A stretch of 64,000 nucleotides of DNA from Flectonema sp. DT1601 (lineage: Eukaryota). The position numbers and the translations under genes are program-made. The stretch spans positions 1,302,001-1,366,000 of the forward strand of contig OZ025784.1 in the NCBI GenBank assembly GCA_964019425.1, in the 5' to 3' direction. This document shows positions 45,699 to 58,879 of the stretch, piece by piece (the first letter of the stretch is position 1; every line of letters starts with the position of its first letter). The notes beneath the pieces were generated by a model that saw only the letters and a program-made list of their open reading frames with translations, did no database searches and had not been told where the DNA came from.

Positions 45699-47595
45699 CT
45701 TTTTATTTATTTTTTAAAGAAAAAAAAAACGGAAAATAGAAATTAGTCAACAAAGTCGAACGATAAAAAAAACAATGATAACATTGTTTATTCTTTTTTT
45801 TTATTTTTTTTTTTTAATATTTTTTTTTATTTTGAAAAAAAAAAAAACAATCAGTTTAGCGTCTTGACCAGGACGGAAAATAGAAAGTAATCGACATAGT
45901 CGATCGATAAAAAAAAAACAATGATAACATTGTTTATTCTTTTTTTTTATTTTAAATTCTTTTTATTTATTTTTTAAAGAAAAAAAACGGAAAATAGAAA
46001 TTAGTCGACAAAGTCGAACGATAAAAAAAAACAATGATAACATTGTTTATTCTTTTTTTTTTGTATTTTTTTTAATATTCTTTTTTATTAATTTTGAAAA
46101 AAAAACAATCAGTTTAGCGTCTTGACCAGGACGGAAAATAGAAAGTGATCGACATAGTCGATCGATAAAAAAACAATGATAACATTGTTTATTCTTTTTT
46201 TTTTTATTTTAAATTCTTTTTATTTATTTTTTAAAGAAAAAAAAAAAAAACGGAAAATAGAAATTAGTCGACAAAGTCGAACGATAAAAAAAAACAATGA
46301 TAACATTGTTTTTCCTTTTTTTTTTTTTTTTTTTATATTCTTTTTTATTAATTTTGAAAAAAAAAAAACAATCAGTTTAGCGTCTTGACCAGGACGGAAA
46401 ATAGAAAGTGATCGACATAGTCGATCGATAAAAAAAAACAATGATAACATTGTTTATTCTTTTTTTTTATTTTAAATTCTTTTTATTTATTTTTTAAAGA
46501 AAAAAAACGGAAAATAGAAATTAGTCAACAAAGTCGAACAATAAAAAAAAACAACGATAACATTGTTTATTCTTTTTTTTTTGTATTTTTTTTAATATTC
46601 TTTTTTATTAATTTTGAAAAAAAAAACAATCAGTTTAGCGTCTTGACCAGGACGGAAAATAGAAAGTGATCGACATAGTCGATCGATAAAAAAAAACAAT
46701 GATAACATTGTTTATTCTTTTTTTTTATTTTAAATTCTTTTTATTTATTTTTTAAAGAAAAAAAACGGAAAATAGAAATTAGTCAACAAAGTCGAACAAT
46801 AAAAAAAAACAACGATAACATTGTTTATTCTTTTTTTTTGTATTTTTTTTAATATTCTTTTTTATTAATTTTGAAAAAAAAAACAATCAGTTTAGCGTCT
46901 TGACCAGGACGGAAAATAGAAAGTGATCGACATAGTCGATCGATAAAAAAACAATGATAACATTATTTATTCTTTTTTTTTTATTTTAAATTCTTTTTAT
47001 TTATTTTTTAAAGAAAAAAAACGGAAAATAGAAATTAGTCGACAAAGTCGAACGATAAAAAAAAACAATGATAACATTGTTTATTCTTTTTTTTTTGTAA
47101 TTTTTTTAATATTCTTTTTTATTAATTTTGAAAAAAAAAACAATCAGTTTAGCGTCTTGACCAGGACGAAAAATAGAAAGTGATCGACATAGTCGATCGA
47201 TAAAAAAAACAATGATAACATTGTTTATTCTTTTTTTTTATTTTAAATTCTTTTTATTTATTCTTTAAAGAAAAGAAACGGAAAATAGAAATTAGTCGAC
47301 AAAGTCGAACGATAAAAAAAAAACAATGATAACATTGTTTATTCTTTTTTTTTTTTTTTTTTTTATATTCTTTTTTATTAATTTTGAAAAAAAAACAATC
47401 AGTTTAGCGTCTTGACCAGGACGGAAAATAGAAAGTGATCGACATAGTCGATCGATAAAAAAAACAATGATAACATTGTTTATTCTTTTTTTTTATTTTA
47501 GATTCTTTTTATTTATTTTTTAAAGAAAAAAAACGGAAAATAGAAATTAGTCAACAAAGTCGAACAATAAAAAAAACAATGATAACATTGTTTAT

Positions 47596-47631
<36 letters not shown>

Positions 47632-48512
47632 TTCTTTTTTATTAATTTTGAAAAAAAAACAATCAGTTTAGCGTCTTGACCAGGACGGAAAATAGAAAGT
47701 GATCGACATAGTCGATCGATAAAAAAACAATGATAACATTGTTTATTCTTTTTTTTTATTTTAAATTCTTTTTATTTATTCTTTAAAGAAAAAAAACGGA
47801 AAATAGAAATTAGTCGACAAAGTCGAACGATAAAAAAAAACAATGATAACATTGTTTATTCTTTTTTTTTTTTTTTTTTTATATTCTTTTTTATTAATTT
47901 TGAAAAAAAAACAATCAGTTTAGCGTCTTGACCAGGACGGAAAATAGAAAGTGATCGACATAGTCGATCGATAAAAAAACAATGATAACATTGTTTATTC
48001 TTTTTTTTATTTAAATTCTTTTTATTTATTTTTTAAAGAAAAAAAACGGAAAATAGAAATTAGTCAACAAAGTCGAACAATAAAAAAAAACAATGATAAC
48101 ATTGTTTATTCTTTTTTTTTTTTTTTTTTTTTTATATTCTTTTTTATTAATTTTGAAAAAAAAACAATCAGTTTAGCGTCTTGACCAGGACGGAAAATAG
48201 AAAGTAATCGACATAGTCGATCGATAAAAAAACAATGATAACATTGTTTATTCTTTTTTTTTTATTTTAAATTCTTTTTATTTATTCTTTAAAGAAAAGA
48301 AACGGAAAATAGAAATTAGTCGACAAAGTCGAACGATAAAAAAAAAACAATGATAACATTGTTTATTCTTTTTTTTTTTTTTTTTATATATTCTTTTTAT
48401 TAATTTTTTAAAAAAAAAAAACAATCAGTTTAGCGTCTTGACCAGGACGGAAAACTGGAAGTAATCGACATAGTCGATCGATAAAAAAAAACAATGATAA
48501 CATTGTTTCATC
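44363..48512. repeat. Satellite 2 inside A2
   Basis: Same units, mostly as long/short dimers. Confidence 0.95.
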
Positions 48513-49741
48513 TTTTATATTTTTTAATTTTTTTTTTATATTTGAAGAAAAGAAAGAAGAAAAAAAAAAAAAAAAAAACAAGCGGAATTGATCATAATGG
48601 GTGGCAGGGGTTGATATAACTTCATTTGAAAATTCTTCTTTTTTAATTTCTTTTTTTTTGAAATTTTTTTTTTTTATTTAACAGGAGTTAAGATCACTTA
48701 CATGAGTTAACACAACACAGATACGAGAGTAGCAAACTGAGGTAACACTACCAATTCAACAAAAAATAATCAGGATCGGACACAAGGAGGAGAGTTCATT
48801 CTACCTCTCACTGTCCTTGCTGGTATCTTAAGTGTCTTGGTATCTCTTTTGTGTCGGTATCTCGGAAGTGCTGGTATCTCGTATGTGCGTTGGTATCTCT
48901 TGCGTGTTGGTATCTCTTGCACATAAGAAAAAATATTGAGTTAACATGATCAGTTTTATTTAAAAATTAGAGACAGACCGGAACTATTTGAAAATAAAAT
49001 GTAGATGGGAAACAGTGAAAATTAAAATGAATGATAAAATTAAATGAGATTTATGACATAACAGACCAGATAGAGAGTAATAAAGGGAAAAGGAAAACGG
49101 AAAGGGTTCATTCACTTAGTTAAAGTTAAGACCGATTAGTCAGTTTAAGGTCTTGACTAGGACCAACAAAAAAAAAAAAAAATAAATAAATAACGATCAA
49201 GCTGAGCTGATCTTGTTTTTATTAAAATAAGGGGAGCGGGAGGGATGGAAGGAATAAAGGAAAAAAAAAAGAAAAGGTCGATCAATTGGATCTGGTCGTC
49301 GAGAAGAAGAAGACAATTATTTTAAAGGTCGATCGGCATAGCCGATCGTTGAGAAAAATAACCAGATATAAATACAATCAGTTTAAATAAAAAAAAAAAT
49401 AAATAAAAAAATAAAAAAAGTTTAACGATCAAGCTGAGCTGATCTTGTTTTTATTAAAATAAGGGGAGCGGGAGGGATGGAAGGAATAAAGGAAAAAAAA
49501 GAAAAGGTCGATCAATTGGATCTGATCGTCGAGAAGAAGAAAACAATTATTTTTTAAAAAAAAATTGATCGGTATAGCCGATCGTTGAGAAAAGAACAGA
49601 TATAAATACAATCGGTTTTGGTGATCGACGAGTGGAGCGATCACTTGACAAGAAGGAAAAAAGAAAGGACCGATTAATTGGGGCTTTGGTTGTATTCCCA
49701 AGGCATGTTTTTTTTTTTTTTTTTTTTTATTATTATTCATT

Positions 49742-49773
<32 letters not shown>

Positions 49774-49812
49774 CAATAATCACATTTTGTTCAAAAATAT
49801 TTCATATTAGAG

Positions 49813-52269
49813 TTCACGCTAAGATGCACTCTGAACTTTGATTTTTTGATCTGAGTGTGAGGGAATGACCTGTTAGTGCATTGGGCATAAGCTGGGCTGC
49901 AGTTTAGATGTCTTAGGTGTTAATAAGGGGTTCCTCTTAGCATTTTTCTTTGTTACCACCTTATGATTTTCTTGAAGAAAAAAAATAGAAGTCATAATGG
50001 TGCTTCCCTCTGGAAGGGTTGTAAGCCATGGTGTCCAACTAGATTAAAGGACAAGTCTGGGATAATCCCTGCCAGAGGGGCGAGTATTCTACCATGGTTG
50101 AAATACTCTGGCAACTGATCTTCAATTTTATGTTGTTTGTTAGCTGCTGGTGTAATTAAATCATGTGTTGATACTTGCATTTGTTTATTTGTTATCTTTT
50201 ACTACAATAACACTTGCCTATATCTTTTCTTTTTATTCCCTATCTGTTCTGATCTGTTACTTCATTTGTCTTGTTTAACTTCAGTTATATCCATTTTACT
50301 TTTTATTATTTCCCATCTACTTTTTATTTTCTATTAGTTCTGGTCAGAAACTCCTGGGCAGCAAGAAGGAATGTAGTTAAGTACTTCTGGGTGTTTGGCA
50401 TCACCCCCCATAGTGAGCAAGTACAACAGGTAGCATTGGTAGTCTGTTGATCCTGAGTGATCCCAGCTACAGTTTTGTTTTTCTTTCTTTTTTTTAGAAG
50501 AAGATCAGGACATCCAAGCACTGCTGGATAGTTGCTGAATGCAGGGCCTGCCTGTGGCATTATAATAACAGGCTAAGTCATTTGTAGTTCATAGTTTACC
50601 TTTGATTTTATAACTTCACACAGGGTACTATGAACGATGAGAGATCCAGTGGGATCACTCAGGGTCTAGTAGAGACCACCAATGTTGTGCGTTGATAGGC
50701 AAGGTGACCAACCTTGACATTCTTTCTTTTCTCTCCTGTTGTGACAAACACAAAATACACACACAGCTTACAGTGTGTTCTTTGTGTATGTTTTCTTCAG
50801 GTGTGAGTAGTTTTTTTGTTTTTGCTCTTCAGGGAGGGCCTTAGCCAAAAGCTAACAGTCCAAATCTCACCTGGAAATTCAACTCAGTCCTTGTCAGTTT
50901 TGGCATCAAACTTGTAATGGTTTAATCATTACAGGTTATTTACTGAAATATTTGTTCTAAAAGTTGCTAAGTATTTCTCACTTAGAAATTTTTATTTTTT
51001 TTATTTTCAGCTTAATTAGCTACAAATTGTTTCTACTAAGTGTTTCTCACTTAGATTTTTTTTTTGCTTTTCAGCTCCTTAAAAGCTGCTAAGTGTTTCT
51101 GCTAAGTGTTTCTCACTTAGAATTTTATTTTTATGTTCGTTTTCTATCCCTTCTCCTATCCCTTTTGTTCAAAATAAGCGGGAGGAAATTCTCTCATTCA
51201 CGCTAAGATGCACTCTGAACTTTGATTTTTTGATCTGAGTGTGAGGGAATGACCTGTTAGTGCATTGGGCATAAGCTGGGCTGCAGTTTAGATGTCTTAG
51301 GTGTTAATAAGGGGTTCCTCTTAGCATTTTTCTTTGTTACCACCTTATGATTTTCTTGAAGAAAAAAAATAGAAGTCATAATGGTGCTTCCCTCTGGAAG
51401 GGTTGTAAGCCATGGTGTCCAACTAGATTAAAGGACAAGTCTGGGATAATCCCTGCCAGAGGGGCGAGTATTCTACCATGGTTGAAATACTCTGGCAACT
51501 GATCTTCAATTTTATGTTGTTTGTTAGCTGCTGGTGTATCTTGATTATGTGTTGATACTTGCATTTGTTTATTTGTTATCTTTTACTACAATAACACTTG
51601 CCTATATCTTTTCTTTTTATTCCCTATCTGTTCTGATCTGTTACTTCATTTGTCTTGTTTAACTTCAGTTATATCCATTTTACTTTTTATTATTTCCCAT
51701 CTACTTTTTATTTTCTATTAGTTCTGGTCAGAAACTCCTGGGCAGCAAGAAGGAAAGTAGTTAAGTACTTCTGGGTGTTTGGCATCACCCCCCATAGTGA
51801 GCAAGTACAACAGGTAGCATTGGTAGTCTGTTGATCCTGAGTGATCCCAGCTACAGTTTTGTTTTTCTTTCTTTTTTTTAGAAGAAGATCAGGACATCCA
51901 AGCACTGCTGGATAGTTGCTGAATGCAGGGCCTGCCTGTGGCATTATAATAACAGGCTAAGTCATTTGTAGTTCATAGTTTACCTTTGATTTTATAACTT
52001 CACACAGGGTACTATGAACGATGAGAGATCCAGTGGGATCACTCAGGGTCTAGTAGAGACCACCAATGTTGTGCGTTGATAGGCAAGGTGACCAACCTTG
52101 ACATTCTTTCTTTTCTCTCCTGTTGTGACAAACACAAAATACACACACAGCTTACAGTGTGTTCTTTGTGTATGTTTTCTTCAGGTGTGAGTAGTTTTTT
52201 TGTTCTTGCTCTTCAGGGAGGGCCTTAGCCAAAAGCTAACAGTCCAAATCTCACCTGGAAATTCAACTC
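49813..52269 (+). mobile_element. Element B: truncated unit 49813-50885 plus full unit 50886-52269, inserted in the A2 3' UTR
   Basis: Period 1384 bp; junction AACTC|AGTCC; the flanks rejoin as ATTAGAGT(A)AAAGAAAAAG, as at 30241. Confidence 0.88.
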
Positions 52270-52711
52270 AAAGAAAAAGAAAAAAAGAAATAAGAGAAAA
52301 AAAAAAAAAACCATTGCTGGCCCCCTCACCACTCATAGAGGATGAGGAGGCCAGTAAGGCGTCACTCAAATCTATGCCAAGCCTTGGGAACTTGGATTGG
52401 GGTTTAGACCATTTACAATTAACAATTAACAATTAACCTGATTAACGTTATGATCTGACGGACATAAACATATCGACAAAATAATACAAATAAATAAATA
52501 CTAATAGAAACTAGAACTTAGCAATCGTCATCTAAAGAGATTCTTCTGCGATCATGAAAGTTCGTTGAGGTTGGAGTTCGCTTTTTTTTTTTTTTGATAA
52601 GCGCTCTAACCAATTACAATTAACAATTAATCTGATTGACGTTATGATCGGACAGACATAAACATATCGACAAAATAATACAAATAATTTAATACTAATA
52701 GAAACTAGAAC

Positions 52712-55700
52712 TTAGCAATCGTCATCTAAAAAGATTCTTCTGCGATCATGAGGATTCGTTGAAGGTGGAGTTCGCTTTTTTTGTGATAGGCGCTCCCTCG
52801 GACGCTTTGGGGTCTCATTTTCTTCTTGCGCTTCCTTTTCGGGTGGGTTAAAACCATTTGCCCATGTTTGTAACTGAAATTTGAGAGCTCTGTTTTGGTC
52901 TTTTGCCAAATAGAGTTGCTCAGAGAGCTCACTGGCCATCTCCATCAACAACATGGAATGATCCAGTTGTTCTTTATGGATAGTCTTCTGTTGATAGCTC
53001 AACTCGGAGCATCGACGTTGCTCTTCCACTAGTTTTTCCGAGAGCAGCGCCACTTTCTCATTTGTCTGGAGAGAGTCACTTACCGCTTGACAGTAGTTGT
53101 CCAGTAAATCGAGTCTACCTTCGGACCATTGCCTCGCAATAGGTGAATCTTCCGTCGATGAGGTCGCCGCACTGTCTTTTTCTTGTTCCGTTTGAGCAGA
53201 AGACGATACCAGTAGTCTACTTTGAGACAGTTCAGAAGGGAACGTGATCAATGGAGAATGAGGTTTAAAAAAAAAGGAAAGACGGGGTTTGGGAGTCCAG
53301 GAGTAATAGGTTGTTGCGATGAGAGGGAGTCGATAATTCTTTACCGTGGACGTTGATTCGAATAAAAAAGGGGGTGTTGGGGAAAATTGTTGGGAAAAAT
53401 GGGACAGTTGAGGGCCAGCACGCAATGTTGCGACCTCTTGTTGAGACAAATAGAGTTGAATTTTTGTTCCAGTTTCATCCCTACACTTAGATTCTAATTC
53501 ATTGTTTAATAGAATGAACCTTTGTTGTAAGTTGAAATAAAACATTTCAGCGTGGTCCGCTCTTTGTGATTGTCGCGCCAGCTCGCTCGTCCTTTTTTCC
53601 TCCAGAGAGTTAGTTCTTTGAACTAATGAGAGAAGAGAACTTTTCACTAAATCACATTCAGCGATCAGGTGTTGATTCTCTTTTTCCAATAGTTCACGTT
53701 TTTTCTGTTCCGTTTCTACGTTAAAGACAGATGGGGGTGCGGATAGATTTAAAGGGAGTGGGCTGTGAGATACACTCTCGGCGGCCCGTTGTTTGGATGC
53801 TTTGTTCTCAATAGACAATCCATTCAGTAGCTGCTTGTCATTCTCAAGGGAGGCTGACATCGCATTAAAGTAAAATAAAAATAGAACATAAAACATTCGT
53901 TCTTTCATTTGTTCTAGTTCGTTTTCTAAAATCTGGCATTTCAAGGAAAGTTTCAGCCTTAATCTTCCTTCTTTTTTATTGTACAAGGGGGTTTGGGAAC
54001 CCATGTCAGATTGACTTCTTATCACTATAGCGAAATCAGCAGGAAGTGTTTGCGATCCCGTTGACATGAGTTCAGGTGGGGAATTCTGGAGAGAGATGGA
54101 AGAAATAGAAGAGAATGACAAGGAGAGTCCAGTGAGCTCATCCTCATCTAACAAAAAAGAAGGGGCCGGGGAGGAAGAAGAACCATTGGCAATGAGTAGA
54201 ATAGAAAGAGCCGATGCGTAACAAGTTTGCCAGATAAAACATTTCTCAAGCCACGATCTTTCAATGGTGAGCTTTTCGATCGTTTTCAGTTTTGTTACTT
54301 TGTGGATTTTGACTTCTTCCACAGGGAAGATTTCTTTACCATCTTTTATAAAACTTGCGGTGGCAGGTTCTTCTTTAATGCTGCGCATTAGTGGTCTTGA
54401 ATGCCACGTGGGGAGGTTCCTCGTCTGGAACAGAACATATGAGCACTGTCTGGCGATTCTGGTGCATTCACAAAATAAAGCTTTTGTTGATGCTAAAGGT
54501 GAACCGATGTGACGTGTCCAGATGTTCAGCTGGTCCATGCAGATGTTTCCTCGTACGCCAACTTCAATAGTAAAAATGTTACAGTCGAAGCCATTAGCGA
54601 TGATCGAGTCTCTTAGCTTTAGGTATTTCTTTTCCTTTAAGACATGAGAGGTTTCGAAACGATCTTCATTTGGACACGTCAGCTCCAGAATCAGTGCTCT
54701 TTTCGCAAAAAAAGAATAAATAAAAATGTCTGGTCTTAGAGAGGACGAGACATGGCACACTTCAAGAGGAACAATTAGGCGGTTATCACCGACATCGTCG
54801 AGGATGACCCAATCATTCGCTAGTGAGAGTTCGCCTGTCTCTTTAGAAATTCTTTCTAGGGGTTTATTTTCCCCTGTTTTTAAAAAAGTTTGAGAGGGAG
54901 GCGGGAGGTTTTCTTTTCTTTTGTTGGCTTTTATTATCAACTCTTCCAAGAAGATAACAATGCGTTTTAGAACGCTGTCGTGACGCCACGTGAACCTCCC
55001 TTGTGTTAAAGAGACAGGACAGCCTGTTAAGACATGCCTGAGGGTAGGATTCACTTTGCCACACAAAACACAATTTTGGTCCACATTGGTGATGTTCCAC
55101 CTCTTTAAATTATCTTGTGAGGGGAGGGTGTTTGTAACCGCTTTCAGTTGAAATGAGATATAGGCAGGATTTCCCTCCCTAAGTACCTTATTCCAGGTGA
55201 AGTCGTTTATCATACATTTAGACCACTCCTTCCACTGACCTTGGACTTGTAAATTATTCAAAGAGTTCAGTAGTTCATCTGTGGCTTCCACTTCAAAACG
55301 CTTAAGGAGATCGGGGCGAGTAGTACGTAGATCGCGCAATCGGTGACCAAGACCAGCTGATTGCTTCGCAAGAGAACGGTAAGAAAAAAACTTAATAAGG
55401 CGCTCCCACTCAGCAGAAGCTGAAAACTTTTTCGACCAATTGGACGATTTCTCCATAATAACATTGTAGACACCGTGCATGTCAGAGTCCTGTGAGGATC
55501 TGAGGATGTCTAGTTTAATTGATTGCGCTTGTTTATATAGCGTCTCAACTCTTTTGTGTCTGAGACCAACAGTGTTCTTTGAACCGGTAAAAAGGATGAC
55601 TGTGTTCGCAGAGCGGACAAATCCCCACCATTTCTTCAAAAAAGGTTTAATAATTTTGTCCAATTTTTTGGCAAAAGGGAGAGATAAGTCATGGATCATT

Positions 55701-57835
55701 AAACTCCATGTTAACCTTGACAATAACAAGTGTTGGACAGACCAAGCCTTCTGAGACCCATATAGTGGCATGGCGTCGACTTTTTTTAAAAAATTCCTGG
55801 TAAAAGTGGTCAGGCGCTCTCGCAGTTTCTGTTCTTTGGCGTTCGGCTCAAACCAACGCCCGAGGTATTTGAACTCTCCAGCTTCCTGGAGATTCGTAAT
55901 CGGAACATTGTTAATCTTCAGGTCCGGGTTTGCTGGTTTCCCTTGTACAAAGCTGTGAGCAATGCATTTCTGGGGTTTCGCTTTCATACCACGAGACCAG
56001 GAAAGAAACTGTTCGAGCGACTTGATTAGCAATTTTGCCCCCGCCTTTGATGACGTGGTAAGTTGTAAATCATCAGCAAAAGCTGCAACTAATAGTTGGA
56101 GGGATTTATTGTTAAACTCGTAGGCTTCCTGTTGATGAACTGCTAAGGAAAAGAGCAGTAGTTGGAATACCAAATTAAAAAGGGTTGGGGAGGAAACGCA
56201 GCCTTGAAAGACACCAACTTCAAAAGGGATAGTGGGCGTCAGGCCTTCTCCAACTCTGATTTGGACGCGCATGGAGGAATAATACCTTTTATAGAAACCG
56301 ATTATTCTTTCGTGAATTCCGAAATATTTTAAAGCAAAGAAAATTAATTGATGTTTGACTGAGCCGAAAGCATCTGCCAAATCCACCCAGACAATTGTTA
56401 GGTTTTTCCGGAGAGCTTTCACTTCTTTAAAAATCTCTGAGGTGATCGTGGCATGTTCGATACACCCAGAGACACCTTTCCTAAAGCCTTTTTGAAAATT
56501 AAATTTAGAAAGAGTGTGGTTTGCGACGGCTTCCTGAATAACCGTATTAAAAATTTTCCCGTCGCAGTTGCCCACAGCTATCGGTCTCGTTTTCGAGATG
56601 TCTTTCCCATCGGAGTTGGGCTTTGGGAGCATTGTTACAAATGCTAAGCCCCAACTATCCGGATAGGCCTTGAGTTCGAAAATTCTCTTTAATACCTTGT
56701 AAAGTGCTTCCATAAAAGTTGGGACCTTTTTCCATACAACATAAGGTATGCAATTGGGACCAGGGGCACATTTGTTTTTTTTCTTTGATAAGAGAATACC
56801 AAACTGTTCGAAGCTCGGGAACTGGATATCATCCATTGTCTTGTAGTCAGACTTAGGTAAAAAAGAGGGATGGGTGAAATCAGTTTTTTTTTTTTCATTG
56901 TCACAATAATTGTTTTTAAAATGTTCAATTATTTTTTCCTCTGGAATATCAAGGGAGGGGGGTTGAGGATCTTCTTTTTGGAGTTCTTCTTTTATGGCAG
57001 TAAACGGATTTTGACGAAATTTATCTTGTAATTTTTTGAATAAATTTTTCTTTTCTAAATTCCGATACATTCGGAAAATCCTTTTCATTCTCGTTCTTGC
57101 CTCTTTCCATTTGACAGCGTTCTCTATAGAAGGCCCAGATTTGCGGAGCTCCTGTCTTAGCTGTTTCATTTCCAGACGACATTCAAGTTTTTCTTGGTCG
57201 AGGATGACCTCTTCCCTTGATTTCTGTTTGCGGGGTAAATTCCGCTTTGTTTCTTCAAAGAAACCGCTACATATTTGATAAACCGTTTTGAGTAGTTTAT
57301 CAAGTTGGTCGGCAGGTTTTGAAGAGTTTTCTGTTTCGACGGAGAAAGTTTGAAGTTTTTCTGCAGCAGAAACGTCGATGTCCTTCCATTCAGTTCCAAA
57401 AGATCGGAATTTGAGACGAGACGGGTGTAACGGGGTAAAAGTGGGTGTTGTAGAGTTATAAGGAACGAAAGCTGTTTGTGAAGTTTTAAAATCTACAGAT
57501 TCTCCTACAAAGGGAGGTTCCAGGTCTGAATTATTCCCTGTGAGGGGAGACAGAGGTGTACCTTTACATGTACCGTTAACACAGTGTTTCGCTCTCGTAG
57601 CGATACTTTTGAAAAGCTTACCACAATCTGGACAAGGTAAGTGGTAACAATCTTTAACTTGGGAGTGGGTAGATGGGGGAAAACGTGACTTATAGTCCTT
57701 AAATTCCTTACTAAACTTACAGTTACGTCTAAAATGCGCAACTGGACCTTTGAGGTATGTCTCAAAACATAAAGGACATTTGGCTACTAAAGTTTTATCC
57801 CCATCCAGAGCCGATCTCGAAATAGCCTCTTGCAA
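52712..57835 (-). CDS. Retrotransposon polyprotein of A2 (1707 aa from TTG)
   Basis: Same motifs as 30548-35674; intact frame; last ~370 aa diverged. Confidence 0.95.
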   Translation of the reverse strand: MQEAISRSALDGDKTLVAKCPLCFETYLKGPVAHFRRNCKFSKEFKDYKSRFPPSTHSQVKDCYHLPCPDCGKLFKSIATRAKHCVNGTCKGTPLSPLTGNNSDLEPPFVGESVDFKTSQTAFVPYNSTTPTFTPLHPSRLKFRSFGTEWKDIDVSAAEKLQTFSVETENSSKPADQLDKLLKTVYQICSGFFEETKRNLPRKQKSREEVILDQEKLECRLEMKQLRQELRKSGPSIENAVKWKEARTRMKRIFRMYRNLEKKNLFKKLQDKFRQNPFTAIKEELQKEDPQPPSLDIPEEKIIEHFKNNYCDNEKKKTDFTHPSFLPKSDYKTMDDIQFPSFEQFGILLSKKKNKCAPGPNCIPYVVWKKVPTFMEALYKVLKRIFELKAYPDSWGLAFVTMLPKPNSDGKDISKTRPIAVGNCDGKIFNTVIQEAVANHTLSKFNFQKGFRKGVSGCIEHATITSEIFKEVKALRKNLTIVWVDLADAFGSVKHQLIFFALKYFGIHERIIGFYKRYYSSMRVQIRVGEGLTPTIPFEVGVFQGCVSSPTLFNLVFQLLLFSLAVHQQEAYEFNNKSLQLLVAAFADDLQLTTSSKAGAKLLIKSLEQFLSWSRGMKAKPQKCIAHSFVQGKPANPDLKINNVPITNLQEAGEFKYLGRWFEPNAKEQKLRERLTTFTRNFLKKVDAMPLYGSQKAWSVQHLLLSRLTWSLMIHDLSLPFAKKLDKIIKPFLKKWWGFVRSANTVILFTGSKNTVGLRHKRVETLYKQAQSIKLDILRSSQDSDMHGVYNVIMEKSSNWSKKFSASAEWERLIKFFSYRSLAKQSAGLGHRLRDLRTTRPDLLKRFEVEATDELLNSLNNLQVQGQWKEWSKCMINDFTWNKVLREGNPAYISFQLKAVTNTLPSQDNLKRWNITNVDQNCVLCGKVNPTLRHVLTGCPVSLTQGRFTWRHDSVLKRIVIFLEELIIKANKRKENLPPPSQTFLKTGENKPLERISKETGELSLANDWVILDDVGDNRLIVPLEVCHVSSSLRPDIFIYSFFAKRALILELTCPNEDRFETSHVLKEKKYLKLRDSIIANGFDCNIFTIEVGVRGNICMDQLNIWTRHIGSPLASTKALFCECTRIARQCSYVLFQTRNLPTWHSRPLMRSIKEEPATASFIKDGKEIFPVEEVKIHKVTKLKTIEKLTIERSWLEKCFIWQTCYASALSILLIANGSSSSPAPSFLLDEDELTGLSLSFSSISSISLQNSPPELMSTGSQTLPADFAIVIRSQSDMGSQTPLYNKKEGRLRLKLSLKCQILENELEQMKERMFYVLFLFYFNAMSASLENDKQLLNGLSIENKASKQRAAESVSHSPLPLNLSAPPSVFNVETEQKKRELLEKENQHLIAECDLVKSSLLSLVQRTNSLEEKRTSELARQSQRADHAEMFYFNLQQRFILLNNELESKCRDETGTKIQLYLSQQEVATLRAGPQLSHFSQQFSPTPPFLFESTSTVKNYRLPLIATTYYSWTPKPRLSFFFKPHSPLITFPSELSQSRLLVSSSAQTEQEKDSAATSSTEDSPIARQWSEGRLDLLDNYCQAVSDSLQTNEKVALLSEKLVEEQRRCSELSYQQKTIHKEQLDHSMLLMEMASELSEQLYLAKDQNRALKFQLQTWANGFNPPEKEAQEENETPKRPRERLSQKKRTPPSTNPHDRRRIFLDDDC

Positions 57836-58278
57836 AGCCTCGGGGGCTGGGTTGGCTGAGAGATGGTTGCCAGTATCTTTATGACACCGCCGGCCCGGTG
57901 TTTCTTTTTTTTTTTGTTGTGAAGTAGCAATAATAAAAAAAAAAAAAAATAGAAAAGAGAATGGCTCAGAAACAATATCGATGAGTTAAGATCTTTTTTT
58001 TTAAACTATTCCTTTTTTTTTTAATTTCGGGCAGCTAACCCTAGAGTTTTTTTTTGGTAAATACTGTTTAAAGGAAAACGAGCTACGCTCTAAAACAGAA
58101 AAATCGGAGTAACTACTTGTTTATAATATATATTTTGATAAATAATGTGGTTGGCAAATGAATGCCGAAGAGGCAACTTGAGAAAAGCAATTGGATGAGA
58201 AGAAACATTGGGTCTTATAAAGCAAAGGAGATAGAGGGGCCTAAAAAGACCGCAGAGTGGATAGCTCCACAAAAAGCT

Positions 58279-58471
58279 GAATTTCGATAAAGTGGGAAGT
58301 AACGGACTGGGAGCTTTTGGCTCCTGCCCTATTCCCGATGTAAACTTTCTTTTTATTTTTATTTTTTTTTAACAGGCCCAAAGGGCGACAATGATGGTTG
58401 CTGACCAAGGAATAATATTCAAATGAATTTTCGTTTCAAAGAAACGAACAGAATTAAGAGAGAGGCAGAGA

Positions 58472-58504
<33 letters not shown>

Positions 58505-58553
58505 GAAAAAAAAAAAAAAAAAAATGAAGAGGAAATAATCAAACATGAAAAAA

Positions 58554-58589
<36 letters not shown>

Positions 58590-58847
58590 TAAATAACGTT
58601 GTATGAAAAAGGAAAAAAAAGAAAAAAAAAAGACCAGAAAAGGAAAGAGAAAATGATAAGGTATAATATTATTGTGGGGATATGAGGGATAGCAGGGAGA
58701 TGCTCTTTTTTTTTTTTTTTTTTTTCTTATTTATTATTTAAAAAAAGGAAACAGTCAGTTTAGCGTCTCGATCAGGACGGAAAATAGAAATTAATCGACA
58801 TAGTTGATCGATAGAAAAAAAAAAACAATGATAACATTGTTTATTCA

Positions 58848-58879
<32 letters not shown>

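Larger units (their letters stand above)
43893..58278 (-). mobile_element. Autonomous retrotransposon A2, full unit (~11.9 kb) containing a 2.46-kb B insertion
   Basis: Same termini and layout as A1, with private variants and a diverged ORF tail. Confidence 0.88.

Noticed and set aside
50886..52269. B tandem unit as a spliced-leader RNA or 5S gene repeat
   Set aside because: Only short partial matches (GCTACAGTTT; TAGCTTTTGGCTAAG) to known leaders, no following GT donor, no 5S sequence; B behaves as an insertion in both orientations.
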